A stretch of DNA of 52,382 nt, filler included, from Bipalium vagum (Eukaryota): NCBI GenBank assembly GCA_037834085.1. It is 3 parts of 3 records of this genome, joined end to end, with 100 filler letters (N's around TTAATTAATTAA, not from the genome) between each part and the next. Parts side by side here need not be neighbours in the genome. Positions count along the whole stretch, not along the records: positions 1 to 17,926 come from JBBMKC010046452.1; positions 18,027 to 36,049 come from JBBMKC010043664.1; 1 more part is not named here. One strand, written 5' to 3'. This document shows positions 12,233 to 24,331 of the stretch, one piece after another. Position numbers and translations under genes: made by a program. A model generated the notes under the pieces. That model ran no database searches and was not told the DNA's origin. It saw only the letters and a program-made list of their open reading frames with translations. The stretch's first letter is position 1. Each line of letters starts with the position of its first letter.

Positions 12233-15200
12233 AAGCATAATTAAAATGAATTAATCAATAATATTAATTTATTTAATGAAATAATTGGTTGATCGGAAAG
12301 AAATATCGTTTTTCAACGTTCAAGTTCAAAACGTTATAAATAAAATTACACGAACATCTGAAAATCTCTGAAATTTTAATTTTATCAGAAAATAATACCG
12401 TTACATAGAGCGAAAAATGACCTTTCTTTTGATTAATAACAATAAAAATAATCAATAACTTATTAATTAAAAATCTTAAATTTATAACTATTAAAAACGA
12501 CATTTATTTTCGGCCAACCTAATATTAGCAACAAAATAATAATAAAATCAAAAATAATAATATAAAAATTAAGCTTATTACTATTTTTAACTATTATATA
12601 ATAGCGGATTATGTTATGAAAGATAACAAAATATTTTTATTTATTATCAATTTAGAATAAGTTAAAATAATAATTAACTATTTTTTAAAAAAAATATTTT
12701 AAATGAAAAATTTAATTTTTAAAAAGTAAAAAGATTAATTCTAAATAAAAAACAATGATTAAAATTTTTATCAAACATTCCGAATTCTGTAAAGATAATT
12801 TCGAGTAAATTTCACGTGAACCACATAACTTTTATATTACTATTAATAAAGACAAATAATTTAATTATATATAAATATTGCGTTATATTTAATTATTTTA
12901 ATTAAGAAACTATCATTCAATAAAATTGAAAATAATACTAAGGGTACTACTAATAAAAAAATATCAAATTCAAAAGAGACAATATTAAATTATAATTAAA
13001 AAATAAATAATAAATATGTATTATGGTTTTCATTTACAAAGATTAAGCATAATAAGTATTGTATTTTTGAATTAATCCAATCGACTGAGTTGTAAATATT
13101 TAGAAAAACAAAAAGATCTTACTTCTCAGAAGAAGTTCGCACCGACCATGCTTATCAATAATTTCAAATAATTCATCAGGTGACAGGATAACTGAAGAGT
13201 CCACAACCTGATTAGGAGAAGGATAAAGAAACCCGTTTTGGTTTACACCTTGACCATAGTTAGTTATGATTGTTGATGTAATATTATTTCCTGCGAAGTT
13301 ATCAATGAATTGTTGCCTAGAATCATGATTGAATGAAGTCAAAGCCGGAGACATCATATTGAATTGATGCTGTGAATTCGGTAATCCGTGGTGAAGATTA
13401 GAATTAATTTTATATTGATCACCCGCGACAGGGGCTGCGGGGTCCAAATAAATCGATAAATTTGGTTTATCGAGGGATGCATTAGAATATTCTGGATTGG
13501 AGCATGTGCCTAACAGAAATCAAATTGTATAAATTAAATATTTTTGAAATTTATATTTTTTTTCCATAAAAATGCATTTTTTTTATTGATGTTTAATTAA
13601 GCGTTATAAAATATTTCAAATAAAAGTAGATTTGCAATCCAAAAATTACTATAACGGAAATAAATATGAAAATAATTGTGAGAAATTTGTTTTAATGAAC
13701 CATGAATAGATGCAAAAACAATAAATTTCAATTTCAATTAATTTCATAAATGATATTAAATTTATAAAATAGACACGAAAAATTGATCAAAAATTAATTT
13801 TTAGTAAAGAATGGAAAAAATTCTTTTAATTGAGTTTTCCTTGTAAATTTATTTATTACCCTTCAGTAAATCTGATCTGTAATCGAAATTTACAATATAA
13901 AAAGTTAATTTACGAAACAAGTGTTTTTAACATAGCAACTTAATATGTTTACATGTTGTAATTTTTTGATCTAAAAATAATAAAAATATTATGTAAAACT
14001 TTAATAAGAATGAATAAAAAATATATAAAACCTATCTGTAACCATATCTTTTTAATGTTTTAATTAATTTAACAATATTGGGTAATTCGTCGAAAAAGAA
14101 TATACAACAGTGAACAATGAAAAAACAGACCTGTTTAGATACATATTTAATAACTTATCAAAATAAGGAAATATTGAGTGCTTCTCATTAAGCCAGTCCA
14201 TGGGTAGAGAATAACTGGCCAGTGTTAATTGACAGATCATAACCTCGTTTCAGAATGCACTCCGTACGACCCCACACATTTTCGATTGGGCTCATATCTG
14301 GACTAATACTAGGCCATGATAAGACATTGACATAGACTTCCGAAAATTTCTTTGTTGTTGAGCATTTTCAGGAGCATTGTCGTCTTGAAATGAAATTTTA
14401 CTGCTTCCGCATTGTGATCTTTTACTCTTCTCTGGAGCATAACTTTTTTGCAGTCACTGGCAACATTTATCAAATGTATTTCTAGATATTTTTAAATAAA
14501 CCACAAATTCATTAGTGGCTCCATTGAGCATCAAATTTCAATGAATATATTCTTCCAAGCATTAAATCTGATAAATCTACACATCTTTTCACTGTTTTGC
14601 AAGCATCCACTTTAAATATGTTGTTAAAAAAATTAAAAGTTGCCTTTGCACTTTTATTAAATAGTTGAAACGAATAAATAAGAAATAACTTTATCAAATG
14701 CACTAGTTATATAAAAACTATGGATTTTAAAGGCGTATACTTTTCATTGTCCACGACTGTACATAATAAATTAACAATAAACAAGATAAAAGATGATAAT
14801 GATAAAATTACTTCTCCTTCGTTTAGTTAACTTACAGTAATAATGTTAAGCGTATATCTAAATTTCCATATTTACATCGTTGAAACTATCTTCTGCATTG
14901 ACTATTATTACTAATAATAGTAATTTATTATTAACAATATCAACAAAAACATGGTTCCGTATGATTCTGTGGCAATCTTTTTTTGTTTGAAATCATATCA
15001 AATAGAAATGCGAATTGTGTATTTTTGGTCATCCATATTTCTAAGCTTATTTTCATACTAAAAGTGAATGAAATGAAAGATAATATTAATAAAATATTAT
15101 AAATGAAACAAACCGACCTAATAAAATTTAAAATGTGTGAATTTTTGGTGGTTTATGCGATAATAAATGTTATTCATTAAAGTGCGCATGTCTAACTTAA

Positions 15201-17770
15201 CATAATATTAAAATTGCTTAATCAATTATTTCTTTCAAGACCTCAGGGTGTAAAAAGTTTATGGTAAAATAAAAGTAATTTTTTTCAAATTAATATAAAA
15301 AAGTGGAACCTAACAAAATTTTAATAAAATAATTAAGAAAACTTTATTTGAAATAGTAACGAAATATATTATCATAAACCCTGACTTATACAGCACTTGA
15401 CTGTTGAACAAGTAATAGTACCAAGTAAAATATTCATCATTTAGATTGTCAGTTTTTTAAATTTTCTATTCCTATCTCGAATTTTAAGAAATGTATTGGC
15501 AAAGATACATAAATCTACCACGAAATATATTTCTATTTCGATTTAAATGTACCAAAATGAAATTCAGATTTCTCATAAAAATTGCAAATTTTGGAAAACC
15601 AAATAAATTTTAATATTAATATTATATTAAACATTCATATAAAAAATTCATTTCACATTAATCAAACACTAAGGTTCATGGAAATGAATGGATGTCGTAA
15701 CTCTAATGTAAATAGTCTGCTTATATACTTATTATTCATACATTATTCATACAAAAAATTTTAAAAAAATAAATTATCTTAAGTACTCTGCAATCAGGAT
15801 TGGACTTTAAAAACGGATATTCAGTATATTTCTTAAAATTTCGCTAATTAACTCATCCCTACTCAATGATACTTACAGAAATTGTACTTTAAGAAATAAT
15901 TTCCTTTCCATACGGTCAAAATAAATATTTATTTGTAATATATAATAGAATACGTATCAATCTGAAATAAATATATAAATTCCACTGAAGATAGATTTAA
16001 ATATCATCCTATATATAGGCACCGGTTGATAAAACTAATCCATCGATATTGCGTACATTTTTAACAGTATTATTTGTACGGTAAAAATTATTTTCCACAA
16101 TAGAATCAGAAATCTCTCGACCTTAAGTACAGATCAATGTAGGGTTATGTAGATCTGGATAATTTTTTAAAATTTTGAATTTTATGAATCACTCAAATAT
16201 TCCTAATTTTTTTACGTAAGAATTTTATGTTTTTGTTTCGAAGAATTAAGTCACTTAAAATAGAAAATTTTTGCTATCAGAGAAAATTTGGTCTTGCTTG
16301 AGAAAAAGTTGACTTTTAATAGAACTTCGTTGATTATTGATATTCTGTCAGGTTTTAAGTATCTTTTCCCATATATTTGATTAAATAATATTCCATTTAT
16401 TTAAGCAGCTAAAATTCTTTGGAATCAAATGATATATATACAGGTACCCCACGATTATTCTTTAATTGTACTTTATATTAAATATCAGTCATTGTCTTTA
16501 TTTTGCATTAAAAATTATGATTAAATGAATTTCAAGGCTGGCTTAACTTTTAACAAATATTTTATTATTTGACATTGGAGAACTCATATACATTCCATTT
16601 TCTTCAAAGTTCATCAAGCAAAAAATTGTGATAACTACAAAAACCTAAATAACCTCACATCTAAAAAATATTTGGAAGCTTGACATTATCAAATTCGATG
16701 ATAATTGCTTCCAAATCAAACAGGTTTCCAGTCGAAAAAAGCAATTACAGATATGAAGATTTTCTACTAACCAGAATGCCTAAATAAATGTCCCCAGATT
16801 CATCACTTCTTTCACATCGGAAAGTTGAAATTATTTAATGAAATGATGAACACCGACCGTTTTGTAAATTGCCATTTTTTATAAACAATGATAAATGTTA
16901 AGCATCGTCGCGGAATAAACAGACCCATAGGAAAAGGACAATCTGAACAAATTGTCGTTGTTACTAGACTTACGAGAAATGTTTTATGTAATAAAATCTC
17001 GATATTATCCAATTAAATGTTTGGGTGATATTATGTTTCTTTTAATGATGGTCATTTTGCCAGATGCAAATGTGGATTCATTTCCATTTTAATTAGCGTT
17101 GACATTCGAATATTTCCTTATGTCTTATACAAATTAAAATTATAACTTTGCTTACTATTTAATTATTTGTTATCCATTTGATTATTATCATAATTTATAA
17201 TAATAATAATAACTAATCAATTATTGAAAAAATTTTATCGATTGCAATTTTAATTAATATTTTAAATATCAAACTAGTTCAGAATTTTTAATAACCTAAA
17301 AGGTATTAATTATTCGTTATTACATATCAAACGTGAACGCAAAATTTTAAAATATAAAAAAATATACCAACAAATAATTATTATTTATAATAAATGTATG
17401 TCCAATAATCTAAATATTCGATAAATAAATACAAATCTATAACATTATTGATAAATTAACATTTTATTAAAAGTATTGTAAGAATTCAACATTCACTTTA
17501 TACATTAATTAATTCAAACAAATACGTTAGACGTACCATAACTACCATCATAACTTTCTCTATTATTTTCCGAGCAAAATACCGTCTTGGTCTGTGGAGA
17601 GCTAACCATGTAGGGCACTGTATTCTCTGTGTTATTCGAAGTGATAGGTGTATTTGAAGTATTGGAAGAACCGTTTTTACGATTATTGTAAGTTCCAAAT
17701 AACTGCTGATTGGAATATGCTGACGCGTTCCTTATGTTTAATGTCTGTGACTGGAATCCAGGCAAACAAT
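2862..17770 (-). CDS. ddr: Discoidin domain receptor-like tyrosine kinase, 3' six exons (juxtamembrane + kinase domain, about 660 aa; 5' end missing); probable pseudokinase
   Basis: Exons 17770-17537, 13509-13123, 7580-7349, 6075-5770, 5726-5432 and 3389-2862 join through GT-AG introns in consistent phases (1,1,2,2,0). The spliced product contains GSGRYG...VIMK, LSHSCLIYIAAQISDGMSYLE..NLIHGDLATRNCLVG, LPLQWMSWEAVL, YSSKSDVWSFGVLFWDLLTYCQFRPY and CWSIEPANRPKFKDINTFL. These match DDR-family signatures (WMSWE, LTxCxxxPY, RPxFxxIxxFL). No transmembrane or discoidin exon was found in the window. Confidence 0.85.
4372..5265 (-). mobile_element. Mariner (DD34D) transposon remnant, 3'-truncated, in DDR intron
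   Basis: TA + TIR TTAGGTTGTTTAGAAATGAATGTCGG at 5265. ATG at 5084; broken transposase LYEFKL...WFKRF...VPH.L...FLDQIVT..EKWIMY...LHQKKLMVTVWWSARGLIHHSFLKPGESIT...PALVNRK, with stops and frameshifts. Confidence 0.92.
12206..12232. repeat. (TA)n microsatellite
   Basis: Seen directly. Confidence 0.95.
12282..12524. mobile_element. Mariner-derived MITE (about 240 bp)
   Basis: Left end TAATTGGTTGATCGGAAAGAAATATCGTTTTT is an imperfect inverted repeat of the right end (rc TATTAGGTTGGCCGAAAATAAATGTCGTTTTT). TA at both ends; no coding capacity. Confidence 0.75.
14105..14759 (-). mobile_element. Internally deleted Tc1 (DD34E) element
   Basis: Imperfect TIRs TA-CAACAGTGAACAATGAAAA and TA-CAGTCGTGGACAATGAAAA. 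Residual FQDDNAP...VLSWPSISPDMSPIENVWG on the minus strand at about 14250-14395. Confidence 0.85.
16441..16950 (+). mobile_element. Possible highly decayed pogo/Tigger remnant
   Basis: TA-CAGGTACCCCACGATTA terminus-like start. Fragments KLDIIKF and NVKHRRGI resemble the two CENP-B-type HTH regions. Confidence 0.3.
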
Positions 17771-17837
17771 CTATGATAAAAATGTGACAAAATAAACATC
17801 TGATATCTTTCTGCAAATTTAATAGGTTAACAACTAT

Positions 17838-17926
17838 TTATTATTATTATTATTATTATTTTTTTTTTATTATTCTTATCAGTATTATTATTATTCTTAT
17901 TATTATTATTCTTATTATTCTTATTA
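17838..17926. repeat. Imperfect (TTA)n/(TTC) microsatellite at contig end
   Basis: Seen directly. Confidence 0.9.
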
Positions 17927-18026
17927 NNNNNNNNNNNNNNNNNNNNNNNNNNNNNNNNNNNNNNNNNNNNTTAATTAATTAANNNNNNNNNNNNNNNNNN
18001 NNNNNNNNNNNNNNNNNNNNNNNNNN
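17927..18026. other. Artificial 100-nt scaffold spacer N44-TTAATTAATTAA-N44
   Basis: Exact 44+12+44 structure with stops in all six frames; identical block at 36050-36149. Confidence 0.95.
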
Positions 18027-18049
18027 TTTTAAAATAAATTTTATTTGTA

Positions 18050-18110
18050 ATTGAGTTATTTGAACTTTTTTGAAATCCCCACGAGTTCAAATAACTGAGC
18101 GCCAACTGTA
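18050..18110 (-). mobile_element. End of a Tigger/pogo-type MITE next to the scaffold spacer
   Basis: rc TA-CAGTTGGCGCTCAGTTATTTGAACTCGTGGGG, with a perfect 13-bp internal inverted repeat AGTTATTTGAACT/AGTTCAAATAACT. Confidence 0.5.
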
Positions 18111-18478
18111 TATTAAATTTATTTTCATGCATTTAGTTTTCTTATTTATTATCGGAATATTTAAGTTAATAAAAGTAGTAAACATTCTAAAGAATTTAGT
18201 TTTCATAATTTCGTCTTTATACTTTTATTTTATTTGAATACAACATTTTCGAACATTAGAAAATTGTTTAATATGTCCATACCAAACATAATCTTCAAAA
18301 TGAGAGGATGGTCAATACACTTCTGCTTATCTAATAACTCTATCACTCGTGCGTGAAAAGATTTTTTTTTTAATGTAAAAAAATCAATTTTCACTTATTT
18401 AGGTTTGAAATTGGAAGAAACATTTCCTAAGTTTTTCATCTCAGATATTAGTATAAATTTATTTTCAGTTTTTTATCC

Positions 18479-19494
18479 ATGGTAAATAAACTTAAGGGCA
18501 ACTACTCCGATTAACTCAAGAAACTCAAATTAATTTAATAATTTTTCTCCAGGCGTTTCAAGAACTGAATATATTAAAAGAAAAAAGAAGTCAATTAAAG
18601 AAAAATAAAAAACCAATTCCTCGAATCAATTCTGTCAGTAAAAAGCGCACAATTAGCAAAGCGTTTCCCAACGATTCCAGTGTGAACAGTTTCCGATTAG
18701 AAGGTGTCAAGACAATTGTCAACTCAGACGAATGTATCCTAAATACTGAAACGGAAAATGGCGGCAACCTAAATCTACTTAGCTCAATGGAAGGGTTTGG
18801 GACCGATTGGTATAAGCGCAACGTCAATTTGGATAACATTCTCACAAACATTGACAGAGTCGACTGCTGTTCTCTCATCGATGCAATAAATTCAACGAAA
18901 AAATGTGTCGAAGCGTTCTATAGTGACATTCGTAATCTTGAAAATGAAATCGGTAAAGCCGGTTCTTCCGGCGATACATCGTTTTATGTGTCCATGTTCA
19001 AATCGATTTACCGTCACCACATTTTCAATCGTTTCTGTTCAATACCTTCGCGAATCGAGGAAGATAAAAAGGTGCAAATCATTGTGCAAAAAACCAACGG
19101 ACTATCGAAAAGCGATTCCTTTCCAAGTTTGCTAATCAATTCCGTCGTTTCCAATGCACCGTGTGTAATTAACAATCAAGCTCACAACGATTCCTTTACA
19201 CCCAGTATTATTGCGCAAGGATTACGTCAAATTAGCAATGATGACAAGAAAGCCGATTCCATCCTGTATTCGATAGACTTGACCGATGATGTCGACAGAA
19301 CCGGCAGTCCCATGAAACAGCGTGAAGAGGAGATTGAAAAGCCCATGGAAATGGAGACCGCTGAAGAAGACGTGTACCAAGCTCCAAAGGAGGTCGTCGA
19401 TTTGTGTAATGATGATGATTCTTCGCCGATGTCATCGTTTCCATTTATGTGTTTGAATTTCAAGAGTTCCCTGTTCGCTGAGAATAAATCCTAA
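18479..19494 (+). CDS. Orphan protein of about 314 aa with basic N-terminus (NLS-like) and two SIM-like motifs in an acidic C-terminus
   Basis: Open, GC-richer frame 18553-19494 follows a good acceptor (tttttctccag, AG at 18551-18552). An ATG at 18479-18481 is followed directly by GTAAAT, giving a 71-nt phase-0 intron and MAFQELNILKEKRSQLKKNKKP.... The true start could lie in other small upstream exons. Confidence 0.65.
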
Positions 19495-19869
19495 TCTTTT
19501 TGTCTCTTCCACCACTGATCGGCCGCCAATTCCGGTATTATTTTGCTATTGCGACCACACCGGCAATTTTGAATTGAAATTTATAACACTTGAAATGTAT
19601 TAACTGTTTGTATCGATTGATGATGAATTGAATTTTTAAATATCTGAATAATCGTTTATTTTTCAATAATCATAAAAAGTATTTATGTTAAGTAAGAATT
19701 TGATCTGTGTCTAATCCAAAACAGTGATGGAGGATTTTTTACTGATAACAATGTACATAGTCTGATAAAAGCTTTTCAGTTTCCAGTTTACAAATATTGT
19801 CTCAAATATAAAAATAATAAAACTGCTTGTTTGTTCTGTCTTTGATAATGATGAATACATATATGGAAT

Positions 19870-20560
19870 TTAGAGTTGGAATGACGTCGATTCTTCGGAA
19901 TTACATCAATGTAAAGTACGACGAATTGCTCAATCAAATCAATCTTGACAAGTGCAGACGAAAATTAGGATGAATACAGACCTAAAATTACGTAGAGCTG
20001 GCCTTAGGTAAATTGAACTTAGTTTCAATAATAAGTGATTATCCCTAAGATAACATGATATGTGTAGTGTTATCCGTCATTTCTGGATTTTTCAAGAAAA
20101 ACTTTTTAACAAGTTTTGCCTATTTGTAAATATAAAAATAATAAAGCTCGTCGTCAGTATTGCATCACTAAATAAGACCCAGTCATCTGTCTTGCGCTAT
20201 TTAGAAGGAGCATTGATTTTTTTCCAGTAAGTCTCGATATGTTGAAACGAAAAGATTGTTTTAAAATTAACAAATACAGAAAGTCGAAAGAAAAGCACGT
20301 TGAAGATTCTTGTTTTAGATTGAACATCTCTGTCTAAGATGTCTTTATTCTGTACAAATTATACTCGACCAGCATTTTTACTTGTTCACTTAGTTTTAAA
20401 TATTCTCTGATGTGGTCACCTACGCAATCTACACACAACTGAGTTTTTAAAAGTTGAATTGTTAATAGAAAAATTTTTAGTTGTTTACGAAGAATTGTAC
20501 CAAATATTCTTAATATTCCTGCGTGGAAGTGAGATAACTTTCAAGAGATTTCAATGACAA
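19870..20560 (+). mobile_element. Heavily decayed non-LTR (CR1/L2-like) reverse transcriptase C-terminal remnant
   Basis: Frame-hopping fragments in the expected order: NYIN.. / AD / LSFNNK / LRYL / LYK..TRP / YSLMWSP / CLRRI. Confidence 0.3.
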
Positions 20561-23500
20561 TCTGATAGTACCGATTTTTTTAGCATTCTTGTCCTTATTG
20601 CAATAAAATTTTAAAAATATCGAATTTCTTTTTATGTCATTAGTACTTAGAAATGTCAAAATTCAGAAAAGCGTACCAGCTTTTATAAAATATTCGCTCT
20701 TAATTTTAAATATGATAATATTAAAACAAATCCTTATTTTATATTTTAACATAAAACATTAACAGTTAATGAAATATAATTTTCAATTTCAATATTGCCA
20801 TGAAATTTAACACCTTACCCACACCATATTTTTGTGAACATCGTGTAACAATTTTGCACTGTCTTCATTAAGATAATATTGTCATTGACAAAATGATAAT
20901 GATATTCAAAAAAAGAAAGTATATTCTAAACCAAACGAGAATCATTAAAAAAAATTAGCGGTAACGATTACATTTTCTTTGAAAAAGGAATTAAACAGTT
21001 ACGGAACGGTGAAGTTTTGAAGAATAAATTTGTGTGCTTTGAAATGTGGATTTATATTTGTCAAACATTTTTATTAGTACCCTTTCTCGAAGGAACATTT
21101 AAGAAAAGCTTATAGAAACTTGTGGTCTTGGTCTTAAAAAATCGGTGACGTCATACAATAAGAAGTGTGATAGATTTATATCCTGTTAAAAGTACAAGAG
21201 GTTTGTACATAAAAAAAACCAATATTAGTTAACATGTAAGGTACAGGGAAAATTGGTGGAAAGGAGTAAATCAATACTCTATATATTACCAAACGTATTT
21301 TCATTAAAAAGATTTACTTTGCAATTATTACCAAACTTGCTTTATCTAACTCCTCACTATTTGGTTGTGCTCTTATTAAAAATAGAGACAAAATATTCAG
21401 CCGTGATTAAGATTCAATCAAATCAAGTTCACATGTAATAGTATTTGTTGGGTCTTTACAATCAGAACAAAGTTACACACTTCAAAATAATACAACAATT
21501 ATCAATCGATAAATCTCTGTATTAATAAAAATTAACTACATTATCATAATAATAAATCCACAACAGTCCAATTATCCTAAAACCAAACAGTTACTTTCCA
21601 TCAGTTTCAACTGAGGTTGTTCTAATCCTATCAGTGATCCATCAGACATTAATCAGGCTTGGGACCCGACCACGACATAGTGCAGTCGTTCCAAAACAAT
21701 TTTTTTTGTTCAAAAATTGTTATCGATATTCTTAGCAGTTTCATTCGATCATTTCGATAAAGAAATCTATTTTTTCTAAAACTTGAAACAAAGTCTCCAA
21801 ATCAAACACGAGTTTTCATTGAAGCTGTGTCCGTGAATAAAAGTTCGACAGACATATCAAAGCAGCACTACAAGAAAAGAAAATTGTTTACTTTCGAAAC
21901 TGTTTCTTGAAAAGCGTTTACTCACAAAAAGTGATAGTTTGGCAAAGTTAAAAATTATCGATTTGTTTTAAAAAATTTATTTAGTTACTCTTTTTCATTC
22001 AGAATTCACAAAATCGTTTTGCTTGTCCTTTTATACATTTATTGTTCTTTTTAATGTGTACAAGAAATTTGTTTAACCAATTGAGACTAGACTTTCTGGT
22101 TGAAATTTTGGCGACCTCACGGGGGGGGGGCGGCGGTGAGGCGGAGGGAATGTCTTGGCAACAGTACGAGACATAAAATTTTTTACCCTAAACCAAAATT
22201 AATTTGCAAAACAAAGAGCGATTTTGAGCGGAAAGCGTTACTCTAACCAATATTGTCATTGTCTCCACCCAGTAGCCAATTGAAATTATTATTATTATAT
22301 AGTTATATTACACAGCACAAGGTATATAAAATCATAATATTACCAATTTTAAAAGGCGAAGCATGGGTCCTTTACTAAGGTGGCCCATACCTCAACCAAT
22401 AATAATTAATAATAAAATTTTATTATCGTTTTAATAAATTCGAAATTAGTGAACACCGGAACATGGCTGGGGAAAAGAGCTTTCGTTAATTGATACGCAG
22501 CACGGGCATTAATTAAATAAATAATATTACACTTGATATGAGCGTTACGTGGGAATTTTCACTTCCAAAATGACAAAAGTGATCCAATTTTATTTTCATT
22601 TGATCAAATCAACAAAAAGATAAAAATAGATTTTGGAATTTGTTCCTTCGCTTGCAGAGCTATGTCAAATACGTTTGAGTGATTTGATTGGCTGCACACA
22701 CAACACACACATTTCTTTGTTGATTTTCGATGAAGTTTTTTTCATCTTTACCAAAGCCTTTCTTGGTTTGGTAGTTTCAAATGGATTCTTTTGGTATCGT
22801 TGCCTTTATGTGATCACAATGGAGGGACCTGTTTGAAAGAATTACTTTTTGAAATATGTACTTGACAATTATAAAAATATCTTACAGCCAGTGAGAGTAG
22901 TGGCACTCTTTACCATGATTGCAAAACATGGTTTTGGTCATGTGAGAGTTTCTTCTATAGATCAATGAAAGCCATTTTTGAAAGCTTTCTACTCAGACGG
23001 TGAAAGTTGGGTATCTACGGTTGGTATCGATTGCACACAACCCTATTACTTGAGGCTTAAAACCTGTATTACCGATGTATTATATTCTGAGGTCCAAAGT
23101 GCGGATGGGTGATTGATTTTTATTGTCTCGCTGATCTAAACAAATTAAGAAATATTTACTAAATCTGGCTTGCTTGGATGACACGAGAAAGACTACTTTA
23201 TGTATCTTTGCACCATGACTCACCACATACCAACAGCGCACACCACCTACATTCACCTTCATTTACACAAAGTCATCACACGTCAAATATACTCAGTTGC
23301 CTTTGTGAAAACATATGGTTACAAATAAAAAATCAGGAGGACTTGTCGCTTTTTTGGAACTACTTTTAGTTCTTTTTGTCATTCTGTTTAAATGAAGGTG
23401 TGTAACCTTATATCCTGATGAGGGTTTGGTGCTGCTCAACGTTGCCTAGGTTGTCTACAAACAATAGTGGCAGAAGAATACAAAACAGGGGTTCTCGCTG

Positions 23501-24168
23501 ACATCTGTTTACTCCTTTACGTCTATTCATCTCCGTGGGGTTGTTCGGTACAGCGCTGGTGCTGATTTATTTGATGTTCTTATTTCATTGATCTTACAAA
23601 TAAATTTACCCTTTTTGATTTCCCCGACTCCTCAATAAGCGGAATAATATTTATTCACGAGTTATTAATTTCCAAACCAAATATTGGACACCCTTGGCCC
23701 AGTATAACCGTCATTCGACCGATTATAGGGATTACGCTTGTCATTTATGTTTGATTCTTAAAAGAATTAACAAAAAATGGCACCCCTGCACTCAGGGGAT
23801 GATGATTGTCAGTTGGGGTCAATATTACCACTGTTATTATGAACATTGATAAAAATCGTTCCTTTTTTATGTTTTACATTTATTGATATTTGGTTTCGTT
23901 TTTGAAAGCTAAAACGTAATGTTCTGTACCAATTTGCAAAAAGGATAACAAAGTAAACAATTTTTGAGATTGAAAGATGAATTGACTGGTCAACAAAGCT
24001 AAGTTAACATTGGGTCATTATCAGGATTGGTCTTTAGTTAAAAATAAAATACCAGATTTTTAGTAAAATGTATAATTATGGGATTTTTGGGTGCGGTCCA
24101 AATCGCTGACCCTCTAATTACCACACTATAATGCTATAAAAAAATAAAAGGTTCAGATCTTCACACAC

Positions 24169-24331
24169 AGTTTTACAGGTTCGAAAAAGCCAATGATACT
24201 ACAAGTACGACGATATAGACGAAGACATATTTTAATGGAAATTTGAACGAACCAAGTGGAGCAAGTTCGTTGAACACATGTTCCTGTTCAGTGCCGTCAC
24301 GATCAACGAGGTGTTCATGAAGAGTACCCAT
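24169..24331 (+). pseudogene. Decayed partial copy of exon 2 of the 30312-34772 gene
   Basis: Aligns to 34528-34691 at about 89% by hand count, with a 1-nt deletion and an in-frame TAA. Confidence 0.9.

Noticed and set aside
22600-23370. Possible DDR ectodomain exons or LINE RT (MAFIDL*K on the minus strand)
   Set aside because: Only short ORFs without discoidin motifs, and just one weak RT motif; cannot be assigned.
23415-23450. CTGATGA core (also at 26581 and 32032)
   Set aside because: No downstream stem II + GAAA.
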